Assembly (NCBI GenBank): GCA_021324515.1
Contig: JAJPIY010000079.1
Coordinates: 10 to 64,009 of the forward strand
From: Planctomycetota bacterium
GTDB taxonomy: Bacteria > Planctomycetota > Planctomycetia > Gemmatales > Gemmataceae
Length of the DNA: 64,000 nt
Direction: 5' to 3'
Made by a program: the position numbers and the translations under genes. Each line of letters opens with the position of its first letter. Position 1 is the first letter of the stretch. The notes under the pieces were generated by a model. It was not told the origin of the DNA and searched no databases. It saw nothing but the letters and a program-made list of their open reading frames with translations. Below, in pieces: positions 34,112 through 42,455 of this stretch.

Positions 34112-34115
34112 CGAA

Positions 34116-35993
34116 CTAATGCGTAGCGGCACGGGCGATACCGGACAGACGGCCCTTCCAATCGGCACTGGTGCCGCTGGGATGGTCGGTTCGCCAACCC
34201 GGCTCCGTGGACAACACGTTGACTATCTCCGCCTTGCCGTTGAGGATGTCCTGTACGCCGGCGACAATGTGCTTCGGCTCAAACGGTTCGCCGTCGTACT
34301 TGCGGATGTGGCCATTGGCGGCGATGCCGGTCTCCGCCCGCAAGTGTCGGGCGAACTGGCCGCTCTGGTTGTTCTCGACGATGATAATGCGCCGACTGCG
34401 GCCCAGCAGCTTCTGCACCTCGCGCACCTGGAAGGGAACCAGATAGCGGACGTGCAAATGATTGGTGGTAATCCCCGCGGCGTTGAGGCGCTCGACCGCT
34501 TCGGTGAGGACGCCCCAGGTTGAGCCCCAGCCCACCAGCGTCACCTCGGCATCGGCCGGCCCGCTGAAGAGCGGCGGCGGCAAATGTTCCAGCACGGTAC
34601 TCATCTTGCGGGCGCGCTTGTCCACCATCTTTTTGCGCCGCACCGGATCGGTGTAGATGTCGCTGATAAGCACCCCGTCTTCATCGTGTTCGTCCGTGGC
34701 GGCCACGTACAGATGGCCGGGCACGCCGGGCACGGCGCGCGGCGAGATGCCCGACTCCGTGTTCTTGAAACGCAAGTACGGCTCGCCGTTGGTCGCAGGC
34801 AACTCGCCATTGGCCGACGGCAGGATCGTTTCACCGCGGTCGATCTCGCGTATGTGCTCGAACACGGCGGGATCAACGGTCTCATTGCCCTCGCTGATAA
34901 GCAGATCGGAGATAACGAGTACCGGACATTGATAGCGGTCGGCAAGGAAGAAGGCGTCTTGGATGACGGCAAAACAATCGGGAATGCTGATCGGGGCCAC
35001 GATGATGCGCGGATAATCGCCCTGACTGGCGCCGAAGACCTGGTTGAGATCGCCCTGCTCGGTCTTGGTGGGCACGCCGGTGGACGGCCCGGCCCGCATG
35101 ACGTTGATGGCCACGACCGGGGTTTCCATGATGCCGGCCATGCCGATGGCCTCGGTCATGAGCGCGAACCCGCCGCCGGAAGTGGCGCACATGCCGCGGA
35201 CGCCGGCGTGATTGGCGCCGATAGTCATGTTGATGACGGAGATTTCGTCCTCGACCTGGCGCACACAAATGCCCAGCTGCTTGGCATGGGCGGCCATCCA
35301 GTGCAGGATGGCCGAAGCCGGACTCATCGGATAGGCGCAGTAGAATTTACAATCGGCCATCGCGGCGCTCATGGCCAGCACTTCGTTGCCTGTCACCAAG
35401 GCCCATTTTTGGCTGGTCGGCTTGAGCTGGCGCGGCAGCGGTTGGAAATGCGCCCCGGCGTAGTCGAAGCCGGCCTTGGCCGCCGCCACGTTAGAGGCGA
35501 CTACCTTCGGCTTCTTGGCGAACGTGGTGCTGATGACCGATTCCAGACCGGCGAAATCCAGCCCCATCAGCCGCAGCATGGCGCCGACGGCCACGGTGTT
35601 CTGCATGACCGGCAGCTCTTTCGACGAGGGGGCCAACTCCGGCACCGGCAAGGGGCAGAGCTGGACCCCTTGGGGCGGCTCGTAGCTGGGTTTGATTTTG
35701 GCGCTGTTGTACAGGGCCACCCCCCCGGACCCCAATTCTTGCAAGTGCCGATCGAGCGTATCCTGATTCAGGGCGATCAATGCGTCGATCTGGTCGCCAT
35801 GATTGAGAGGCTTTTGTGCCGAGACGCGCAGACGCAACCAGGAATGTCCGCCGCGAATTACGGACTGATAAGAGTTGTAAGCATAAACGCCCTGTCCCTG
35901 CCGGGCCACAGCCAAGGCGAGCGTGTTGCCGGCCGAGGCGACGCCGTCACCCGCGGCCCCACCGATACCGACGATCAGGTTGGCATGGTCCAT
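34116..35993 (-). CDS. korA: 2-oxoacid:ferredoxin oxidoreductase alpha subunit (fused alpha/gamma type)
   Basis: It has IVGIGGAAGDGVASAGN (gamma-like N-terminus) followed by AYPMSPAS, GFALMTEAIGMAG and DEHDEDG blocks. The ATG at 35993 lies within ORF 34116..36140. Confidence 0.9.
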   Translation of the reverse strand: MDHANLIVGIGGAAGDGVASAGNTLALAVARQGQGVYAYNSYQSVIRGGHSWLRLRVSAQKPLNHGDQIDALIALNQDTLDRHLQELGSGGVALYNSAKIKPSYEPPQGVQLCPLPVPELAPSSKELPVMQNTVAVGAMLRLMGLDFAGLESVISTTFAKKPKVVASNVAAAKAGFDYAGAHFQPLPRQLKPTSQKWALVTGNEVLAMSAAMADCKFYCAYPMSPASAILHWMAAHAKQLGICVRQVEDEISVINMTIGANHAGVRGMCATSGGGFALMTEAIGMAGIMETPVVAINVMRAGPSTGVPTKTEQGDLNQVFGASQGDYPRIIVAPISIPDCFAVIQDAFFLADRYQCPVLVISDLLISEGNETVDPAVFEHIREIDRGETILPSANGELPATNGEPYLRFKNTESGISPRAVPGVPGHLYVAATDEHDEDGVLISDIYTDPVRRKKMVDKRARKMSTVLEHLPPPLFSGPADAEVTLVGWGSTWGVLTEAVERLNAAGITTNHLHVRYLVPFQVREVQKLLGRSRRIIIVENNQSGQFARHLRAETGIAANGHIRKYDGEPFEPKHIVAGVQDILNGKAEIVNVLSTEPGWRTDHPSGTSADWKGRLSGIARAATH

Positions 35994-36325
35994 TGGTAAG
36001 TTCCCCCGCCAAAAGATGAACAACCCAAGCCGCTGTCCGGATGTACCGGACGGAGAACGGCCCAAATGCGAAAGGTTCTCGACTCTGTACCGTTGTTGTT
36101 GCAGGCGCCCCAAGCGCGGATGAACCTGTTCGGAAACCACCGCGCCGGTTGCAAGGAATAAGAACCTACTTTTGATGATAAACGCTTTTTCTTCGAGTGC
36201 AACGAAATAACGACGCGAAATGGAAATTTCGCGGCAGGTGTTGGCAGACGGTAAGGCCTTGTGGGGCGATTTTGCGCTTCCATTTTTGGCCGCGGCGGCT
36301 TATAAGCTCGCCACGGAGGTGGAGC

Positions 36326-36979
36326 ATGAGGCGGATCGGCTCAGTCGCCGTGCTGGCGTTGCTGGTGGCGGCTTGCGCACCGGCAATCTCCGAGCGCGTC
36401 CGCCAGTACAACGACCTCGGCGTCCAGAATTTTCAGAAGGGCGAATTCGACCGCGCCCGCGCCGATTTCCAGGCCGCCCTGGCCCTCCAACCCAACCATT
36501 ACGCCCTACTTTACAACCTCGGCCAATGCTACGATCATCTCGGCCAGCCCCAGCAAGCCGAGCAATGCTATCGTCTCTGCCTGCAACAACAGCCCAATGA
36601 CGCCGACTGCCGCCACGCCCTGAACCAACTGCTGGTTCAGACTGGGCGCTTGACTGAAGCCCGGCAAATGGTGCAGGATTGGCTGGTGCGCGAACCGAAA
36701 CTGTCGGCCGCCTATGCCGAGGACGGCTGGCTGTTCCAGCGCCAGGGCGATCCGATCAGCGCCATCAAACGCTATCAACAAGCCATCTATTACGATCCGC
36801 ATAATACGCTGGCGCTTATCGAAATGGGCCGTATTTATGAGGAAGAACTCAACCTCCCCAGCCGCGCCCTGAAGCTCTATCTGACCGCCCTGGACTACGA
36901 TCCACGCCAACCGGAGTTGGTCAAGCACGTCAATCAGCTGCGCACCCGCGGAGTCGGCCCGCCGCACCCGGAATCGTAA
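36326..36979 (+). CDS. TPR-repeat lipoprotein
   Basis: It has the lipobox LLVAAC and several TPR units (FDRARADFQAALALQPNHYALLYNLGQCY...). A GGAGGTGGAGC RBS precedes the ATG at 36326. Confidence 0.75.
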   Translation: MRRIGSVAVLALLVAACAPAISERVRQYNDLGVQNFQKGEFDRARADFQAALALQPNHYALLYNLGQCYDHLGQPQQAEQCYRLCLQQQPNDADCRHALNQLLVQTGRLTEARQMVQDWLVREPKLSAAYAEDGWLFQRQGDPISAIKRYQQAIYYDPHNTLALIEMGRIYEEELNLPSRALKLYLTALDYDPRQPELVKHVNQLRTRGVGPPHPES

Positions 36980-37004
36980 AACGATACGAAAAGGAGGGCG
37001 CATC

Positions 37005-37343
37005 ATGCGACCGATTTATCATCTGACGCTTCGCCGCGTCTGGGAGGAAGACCTCGATCAGCCGTACCATCCTAATTCGCTGGCGCACGAGGGATTTATT
37101 CACTGCTCGTTTGCCGAGCAGGTGGCGTGGGCAGCAAATCGCTTCTATACCGAGGCCGAAGATCTGTTGCTGCTGCACATCGACATGGAGCGCGTCACCA
37201 GCCCCATACGCGAAGAGCCTTGCGACACGGGAGAAATCTTTCCGCACATTTACGGACCTCTGAATCGCGATGCCGTCACGGCAATAGAAGCGCTGACGCG
37301 CGGGCCGAATGGCTGGCAATATCCCACCCGCCCGCTGAGTTAA
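37005..37343 (+). CDS. DUF952-family protein
   Basis: It has the GFIHCSFAEQV ... LLLLHID ... FPHIYGPLNRDAV pattern that is characteristic of DUF952. Confidence 0.7.
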   Translation: MRPIYHLTLRRVWEEDLDQPYHPNSLAHEGFIHCSFAEQVAWAANRFYTEAEDLLLLHIDMERVTSPIREEPCDTGEIFPHIYGPLNRDAVTAIEALTRGPNGWQYPTRPLS

Positions 37344-39082
37344 CAAGGGCATCGCTTGGAGGCGATGTTGGCGGCCACTTGCAGCAGCGGGATGATCTGA
37401 TCGCGGCTGGCCGACAGAGTGGTGGCCACCAGGTCCGCGCCGGCGTCGCGCAGCCGTTTCTCTAGATGTTCACTCTTCTGGCGGTCGCCCCAGCGACCCA
37501 CTACGATTTTAATGCTGGGTGCCTCTCGGCGGATGCGCTTGCACAAGTAGCGGGTCTGAGACAAGCCGCCCGGTGGCAGCGAGCCGAGGCATACTACGGC
37601 CGGAGGGCTTTGCTGGAGATGAACGAGCAACTCAGCCGTCAATTTCTTCGCTGAGAAGATCTCCAAAGCGTAGCCCTGCACGCGCAGCATTTGACCGAGC
37701 ATTCTCAGGGCCAGCTCGTCGCCTTCGTCACGCACCGGCCAACCGACAGCTAGCCCCTTGTTCGCTTCCGCTGTCTGCGGGAACTGCTCGGCCAAAGCGG
37801 TAGACAAGTCTTCTTCGATGTCGCGGATGCCTTGGAGGACGTATTCATAATTGTCCAGTCCTAGCTCGCTGCAATCGCGGTCTTGGCGGGCGTGCAGCAA
37901 GGCCGGTAGCAAAATTTCTTCATAAACGGACTCCGGCGGATGGTTGGCCCAATGGTCCTCGACGAGATCGGTAGCCTCATCGAGATCATGGGCCACCAAA
38001 CGTTGGTAGAACATCACATCACGGCTGAGGACCGGCTCGTCGCCCAGCAGCACCTCGAAGAACTTCAGTTCCGGCACGTATTTGCCCAGGATGACAAGGA
38101 TGACGGTCAAGGGAGTGGACAGAATCAGACCCAGAGGTCCCCATAGCCAGGCCCAGAACGCGGCGGACAAAAGCAGGGCCAACGGTGAGACGCCGGTGCT
38201 ATGGCCGAATAGCAACGGTTCGACCACATTAGCGGTGAGCAGCTCCAGAAGGACGAAGAAAGCGAAAACGATCAGCGGCAACAGCCAGCCCGGCAGGGTA
38301 GCGATGGCAAAACTGGTAAGCAAGGCAGCGACCAGCCAAGTGCCCAAGTAAGGGACAAAACGCAGGACCAGGGCCGCAGAACCCCATAGCAAGGCATAAC
38401 GCCACAGGACATGATGGCCCGTTACCCAACCCAGAGCCAGCAAGCCAGTCGTCAGCACGACGCCGAAGAACGTATTGATGAGTAGCAGCATGTACAAGTA
38501 GCGGCTGACTCGCTGGGCGCCCTCATCAACAGCCTGAGTGGTAGCGATAAGGTGCCCGTGCCCGATCAGGCGAACGAAACGGTTGCGCAAGTTCTCTCGC
38601 TGGCTGAGCATGAAGACGACCAAAACCAGAACAAGAAAAGTGTCGGCGAGTCCTTCAGCGGTTTGACTGGCGGCTTTACCCAGGTGCGACCAGGCGGCCT
38701 GTTTGACCTCTCCGAATAGCTCCTGGATTCGCTGCAAAACGTCTTCTTCTTCTCCGCCCAGCAGTGGCTTGAGTTTTTTGATTAGCTCTCCCTGGTAGCT
38801 GGGCAGATGCTCGGCAAAAGTATTGATCTGCCGCGAGATGACGTAACCGATCCCGCTCAAGAAGAGCAGGGCCAAGGTCACGACCATTAACACAGAGGGC
38901 AAACGGCCCAGGCCGCGCCGCTGCAAGGCGGATACGGCCGGCGTCAGGATAAAAGCCAGCAATATCGCCAGTGCCAGCGGAATCAATATCTGCCGCGCCC
39001 AGTACAGGCAAGCGATGACAAGGACCAAGCCGAGCAGCAGGAACAGCGGCTCGCGAGGCTTCGTCGATGAGGAATCAGCCAT
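37340..39082 (-). CDS. AI-2E (PerM/UPF0118) family transporter fused to a C-terminal B12-binding-like Rossmann domain
   Basis: It has about 8 TM helices in the AI-2E layout. The ~140-aa cytoplasmic tail (VGWPVRDEGDELALRMLGQMLRVQGYALEIFS...VVCLGSL...IKIVVGRWG) resembles a cobalamin-binding fold but lacks the DxHxxG His. Confidence 0.7.
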   Translation of the reverse strand: MADSSSTKPREPLFLLLGLVLVIACLYWARQILIPLALAILLAFILTPAVSALQRRGLGRLPSVLMVVTLALLFLSGIGYVISRQINTFAEHLPSYQGELIKKLKPLLGGEEEDVLQRIQELFGEVKQAAWSHLGKAASQTAEGLADTFLVLVLVVFMLSQRENLRNRFVRLIGHGHLIATTQAVDEGAQRVSRYLYMLLLINTFFGVVLTTGLLALGWVTGHHVLWRYALLWGSAALVLRFVPYLGTWLVAALLTSFAIATLPGWLLPLIVFAFFVLLELLTANVVEPLLFGHSTGVSPLALLLSAAFWAWLWGPLGLILSTPLTVILVILGKYVPELKFFEVLLGDEPVLSRDVMFYQRLVAHDLDEATDLVEDHWANHPPESVYEEILLPALLHARQDRDCSELGLDNYEYVLQGIRDIEEDLSTALAEQFPQTAEANKGLAVGWPVRDEGDELALRMLGQMLRVQGYALEIFSAKKLTAELLVHLQQSPPAVVCLGSLPPGGLSQTRYLCKRIRREAPSIKIVVGRWGDRQKSEHLEKRLRDAGADLVATTLSASRDQIIPLLQVAANIASKRCPC

Positions 39083-39107
39083 GCCTTCAGCCCTCCATAG
39101 CCGTTAC

Positions 39108-39278
39108 TTATGGAGGCGGTGTTCGCTGCGTGCCACTGAGAAAAGACAGGATGGCCAACACGATGAACACGAAGAAAACAATCTTCGCGGCCAGGAAGGC
39201 CATGCCGCTGATCAGCCCGAAGCCGAACAAAGCGGCGATCAAGGCAATTACCAGAAAAAAGATGGCAAAACGCAACAT
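39108..39278 (-). CDS. DUF1328-family small membrane protein
   Basis: 56 aa: MLRFAIFFLVIALIAALFGFGLISGMAFLAAKIVFFVFIVLAILSFL. A GGAGAGG RBS precedes the ATG at 39278. Confidence 0.7.
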   Translation of the reverse strand: MLRFAIFFLVIALIAALFGFGLISGMAFLAAKIVFFVFIVLAILSFLSGTQRTPPP

Positions 39279-39483
39279 GGGAAACCTCTCCTCTGTAAAA
39301 TCCCGGCCTGGCCTCGGGGTGCTCCAGGCCCCCGTTCGCCTTGGACATTTGCGTTGCACATACCGTGCCAGAAGCGCCTCGGACGGGCGGCAAGGATCAT
39401 TCGTTTCCGCTTGTCCGCGTTGGGACGCCGTTGCTACACTGATCCAAGGGCCGCTAGACAAATGAGATGAAAAGGCGTTGTAC

Positions 39484-40389
39484 ATGTTGTCCTTGCCGAC
39501 TGTTGATCCTTCCGCTCCGGTTCGCCGCTTGCCGTCGTGGCTCAAGCGCAGGCTGCCGCGCGGCAACGGGAATTTTTTTACTCAAGAATTGCTGCGCGAA
39601 CTGCGGTTGGAGACAGTCTGCGAAAACGCGCGCTGCCCGAATCGTCCCGAATGTTATTCGCGCCGCACGGCCACGTTCATGATCCTGGGCAACATTTGCA
39701 CTCGCCCTTGCGGTTTCTGCTCCGTTCCCAAGGGTCGGCCCGAAGCGCTCGAAGATGACGAGCCGACCCGCGTTGCCGAGGCGGCGCATCGGCTGGGGTT
39801 GCGGCACGTCGTCATTACGTCGGTGACGCGCGACGACTTGCCCGATGGCGGGGCCGATCATTTCCGTCGCTGCATCTTGGCCGTGCGCGAACGCACTGGG
39901 GCCGTGGTCGAAGTGCTGACGCCGGATTTTCTCGGCGATTTGTCGGCGGTCGATCGGGTGTTGGAAGCGGCGCCGGAAGTCTTCAACCACAACATCGAGA
40001 CAGTGCCGCGGCTGTACAAAAAGGTCCGCGGCCGCGCCTCGTATCAACGCAGCCTCGATGTGTTGGCTCATGTCAAGCGGCGCTCGCCCACGACGATCAC
40101 CAAAAGCGGCTTGATGCTCGGACTCGGAGAGACAACAGAAGAACTGTTCGACGTGTTGGCCGATCTTCGCGCCCACGATTGCGACACTCTGACGCTGGGA
40201 CAATATCTCGCGCCGACGTTGAAACATATTCCGGTGGCCCGCTATGTACCGCCGGCCGAGTTCGAGGAACTGGCGGCGCGAGCACGGACCTTGGGATTTC
40301 ACAAAGTGGTAGCAGGGCCGTTCGTGCGCTCCAGCTACCACGCCGATGAAATGGTAGGCGAGCATGCGCACGCCGATCGTTCTGCCTGA
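39484..40389 (+). CDS. lipA: Lipoyl synthase (radical SAM)
   Basis: It has the CENARCPNRPEC auxiliary cluster and the CTRPCGFCSV radical-SAM cluster. The ATG is at 39484; the ORF track starts at TTG 39478. Confidence 0.95.
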   Translation: MLSLPTVDPSAPVRRLPSWLKRRLPRGNGNFFTQELLRELRLETVCENARCPNRPECYSRRTATFMILGNICTRPCGFCSVPKGRPEALEDDEPTRVAEAAHRLGLRHVVITSVTRDDLPDGGADHFRRCILAVRERTGAVVEVLTPDFLGDLSAVDRVLEAAPEVFNHNIETVPRLYKKVRGRASYQRSLDVLAHVKRRSPTTITKSGLMLGLGETTEELFDVLADLRAHDCDTLTLGQYLAPTLKHIPVARYVPPAEFEELAARARTLGFHKVVAGPFVRSSYHADEMVGEHAHADRSA

Positions 40390-40609
40390 TCTGGGGGCCG
40401 CCCCGGTGCGATTGACCGTGTGGTTTTCCAGGCCGGGCGATGTCGTCTTCGAGGGAGATCGCTTGGTGGAAGTAGCCGTCGCCGGGGCCACCTTCGATGT
40501 GTCCGCGCCGGCTACGGGACGCTTGATCGAACACTATGCCTGGCCACGCGATCTGCTCACGCCCGGACAGGTGCTCGGCATGATGGAATCAGAGACCGAA
40601 ACAGTTTAG
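40364..40609 (+). CDS. Lipoyl/biotinyl-domain-like protein with no lysine
   Basis: 81 aa. It has the fold signature IVLPDLGAAPVRLTVWFSRPGDVVFEGDRLVEVAVAGATFDVSAPATGRL, but AVAGA replaces the E-x-D-K-A lipoylation motif and the protein contains no lysine at all. It overlaps lipA by 26 nt. Confidence 0.6.
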   Translation: MRTPIVLPDLGAAPVRLTVWFSRPGDVVFEGDRLVEVAVAGATFDVSAPATGRLIEHYAWPRDLLTPGQVLGMMESETETV

Positions 40610-40652
40610 CTGTGAGCCGTAGGCGAGCGCTCACCTACGGCTGCGGCCAAAC
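40605..40652. repeat. Family B palindromic element, copy 4 (degenerate)
   Basis: The sequence is tttagctgtgagccgtaggcgagcgctcacctacggctgcggccaaa. It contains the stop codon of the 40364 CDS. Confidence 0.75.
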
Positions 40653-40667
40653 AGGGAATATCCTCCT

Positions 40668-41294
40668 ATGTCCCACCCCGCTTTCCTCTCCCTGGATGGT
40701 CTGGATGGCGCCGGCAAATCGACGCAGTGCCGCCTGTTGGCCGACTGGCTGCGCACGGGCGGACATGGCGTGACGACCTGTACCGACCCCGGCGGCACGC
40801 CGCTAGGAGCACAGCTGCGTTCGCTGGTGCTCCACTATCGCCCCGAAATCGACCGCATGTGTGAAGCGCTCTTGTTCATGGCCAGCCGAGCGCAGCTGCT
40901 TGCCGAAGTCATTCGCCCCGCCCTGGCATCGGGGAATATCGTTCTTTCTGATCGTTTTTTGCTGGCCAACATCGTTTATCAGGGCCACGCTGGCGGCTTG
41001 GATGTGGAACGGCTGTGGGAAGTCGGCCGTTTTGCCGCGGGTGGATTGGAACCAGACCTGACGATCGTCCTCGATCTGCCGCCCGAACAAGCGGCACAGC
41101 GGCGTGGCCGGCCCACCGATCGCATCGAGAAGCGGGATGTCGCGTATCATGCGCGTCTGCGGCAAGGTTTTCTCGCCGAAGCCCGGCGCCGTCCCGAACG
41201 CATTCGCGTTGTGGACGCAGGGCTGCCGATCGAAGTCGTGCAACAGGCGATTCGCCGCGAAATTACATCCGTTTTGGGCATTAAAGGAGAGTGA
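40668..41294 (+). CDS. tmk: Thymidylate kinase
   Basis: It has the P-loop LDGLDGAGKSTQ, the DRF motif (LSDRF) and a lid region. Confidence 0.9.
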   Translation: MSHPAFLSLDGLDGAGKSTQCRLLADWLRTGGHGVTTCTDPGGTPLGAQLRSLVLHYRPEIDRMCEALLFMASRAQLLAEVIRPALASGNIVLSDRFLLANIVYQGHAGGLDVERLWEVGRFAAGGLEPDLTIVLDLPPEQAAQRRGRPTDRIEKRDVAYHARLRQGFLAEARRRPERIRVVDAGLPIEVVQQAIRREITSVLGIKGE

Positions 41295-41297
41295 GCA

Positions 41298-42317
41298 TTG
41301 GCATGGCAGCGCATTCGCGGACATGACGCCCTTGTCGAAGGTTTTCGCCGTGCCGTGCAGCAGGGACGGTTGGCTCATGCGTATCTCTTCACCGGGCCTG
41401 CCGGCGTGGGCAAACGGCTGTTCGCCCTGGAGTTGGCGAAATCTCTGCTCTGCGAGAAGGCAGCCGAAGGTAGCCTGCAAGCGTGCGATCACTGTCCCTC
41501 TTGCGTGCAGGTGGAAGCGGGTACCCATCCCGATTTCTTCCCTGCCGTCCGTCCGCCTGAAGCGCTGGAATTTCCCATCGATTTGATGCGACAATTGTGT
41601 GCCAGTTTCGCGCTGAAGTCGGCGCGCGGCCGCGGTAAAGTCGTCCTCATCGACGACGCCGACGATCTCAACGAAGAAGCGGCCAACTGTTTCCTCAAGA
41701 CGCTAGAGGAGCCGCCGCCGCGTTCGGTCCTCATCCTGATTGGCAGCACGCCGGATCGGCAGCTGCAAACCATCGTCTCGCGCTGCCAGGTCATTCGCTT
41801 CGCTCCGCTCGCTCCGGAGTTGGTCGATGAACTGCTGCAAGCGCAAGGCATCGACGATACGGCCCTGCGGGCGCGGCTGGTACGCCTCAGTGGCGGCAGT
41901 CCCGGCCTGGCGAAGGAATTGGCCGATCCCGCCTTATGGGACTTCCGCCGCGCTCTCTTGGCCGGACTGACGAAAGCGCCTATCGCTTCTGTCGATTTAG
42001 CGCGTCAGTGGATGGATTTTGTCGAAGAAGCCGGCAAGGAATCCGCCGCCCAGCGCCACTGTGCTCAGCTGGTGCTGCGCCTTCTCATCGACTTCCTGGA
42101 GGACGCCCTGACCATCGCCCTGAACGGCACACCGCGCCGCACCGAGCCGGAAGAATGGCCGGGATTGGAAGCGCTCGCCCAGCGCGCTGGCCCTGATCGC
42201 TTGCTGGAGGCGCTGGAGCGCTGCTTGGAGGCGGATCGCCAAATCGACCGCCGCGTTCAGTTGGTGCTGATTCTCGAAGGATTGATGGATGCGCTGGGGC
42301 AGAAGTTTTTAGGATAA
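41298..42317 (+). CDS. holB: DNA polymerase III delta-prime subunit
   Basis: It has HAYLFTGPAGVGKRLFA, the zinc module CDHCPSCVQVEAGTHPDF, and the VVLIDDAD and SRCQ motifs. The start is TTG at 41298, as no in-frame ATG is nearby. Confidence 0.85.
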   Translation: MAWQRIRGHDALVEGFRRAVQQGRLAHAYLFTGPAGVGKRLFALELAKSLLCEKAAEGSLQACDHCPSCVQVEAGTHPDFFPAVRPPEALEFPIDLMRQLCASFALKSARGRGKVVLIDDADDLNEEAANCFLKTLEEPPPRSVLILIGSTPDRQLQTIVSRCQVIRFAPLAPELVDELLQAQGIDDTALRARLVRLSGGSPGLAKELADPALWDFRRALLAGLTKAPIASVDLARQWMDFVEEAGKESAAQRHCAQLVLRLLIDFLEDALTIALNGTPRRTEPEEWPGLEALAQRAGPDRLLEALERCLEADRQIDRRVQLVLILEGLMDALGQKFLG

Positions 42318-42351
42318 TTGAGGTAGAGGGCATCGGAGTTGCATCCGCGCA

Positions 42352-42400
42352 GCGAGCTGCCAGGTTTAACCCAGCGGCTCCGGTGGCTCCCCCCCTGGTG
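42352..42400. repeat. Direct repeat copy upstream of hemE (also carries a family A-like hairpin to 42418)
   Basis: gcgagctgccaggtttaacccagcggctcc matches 43541-43570 at 26 of 30 positions. The following ggtg..cccccctgg block is also shared. Confidence 0.75.
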
Positions 42401-42455
42401 GGGGAGGGAGCCTGGTTCGAAGCCTCAGCGTCTGAACTACCTAGAAGGAATACCC

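Noticed and set aside
34584-35999. Long antisense ORFs lie opposite korA (471 aa), korB (32576-33484), lipA (39454-40491), nuoF (54430-55539), nuoN (43465-44334), cls (18969-19886), ispD (20136-20918), ugd (62536-63429) and tmk/holB (40803-41594).
   Set aside because: In every case the opposite strand encodes a protein with unmistakable family motifs. The antisense translations are low-complexity and R/A/G/H-rich, with no motifs. They are high-GC shadow ORFs.
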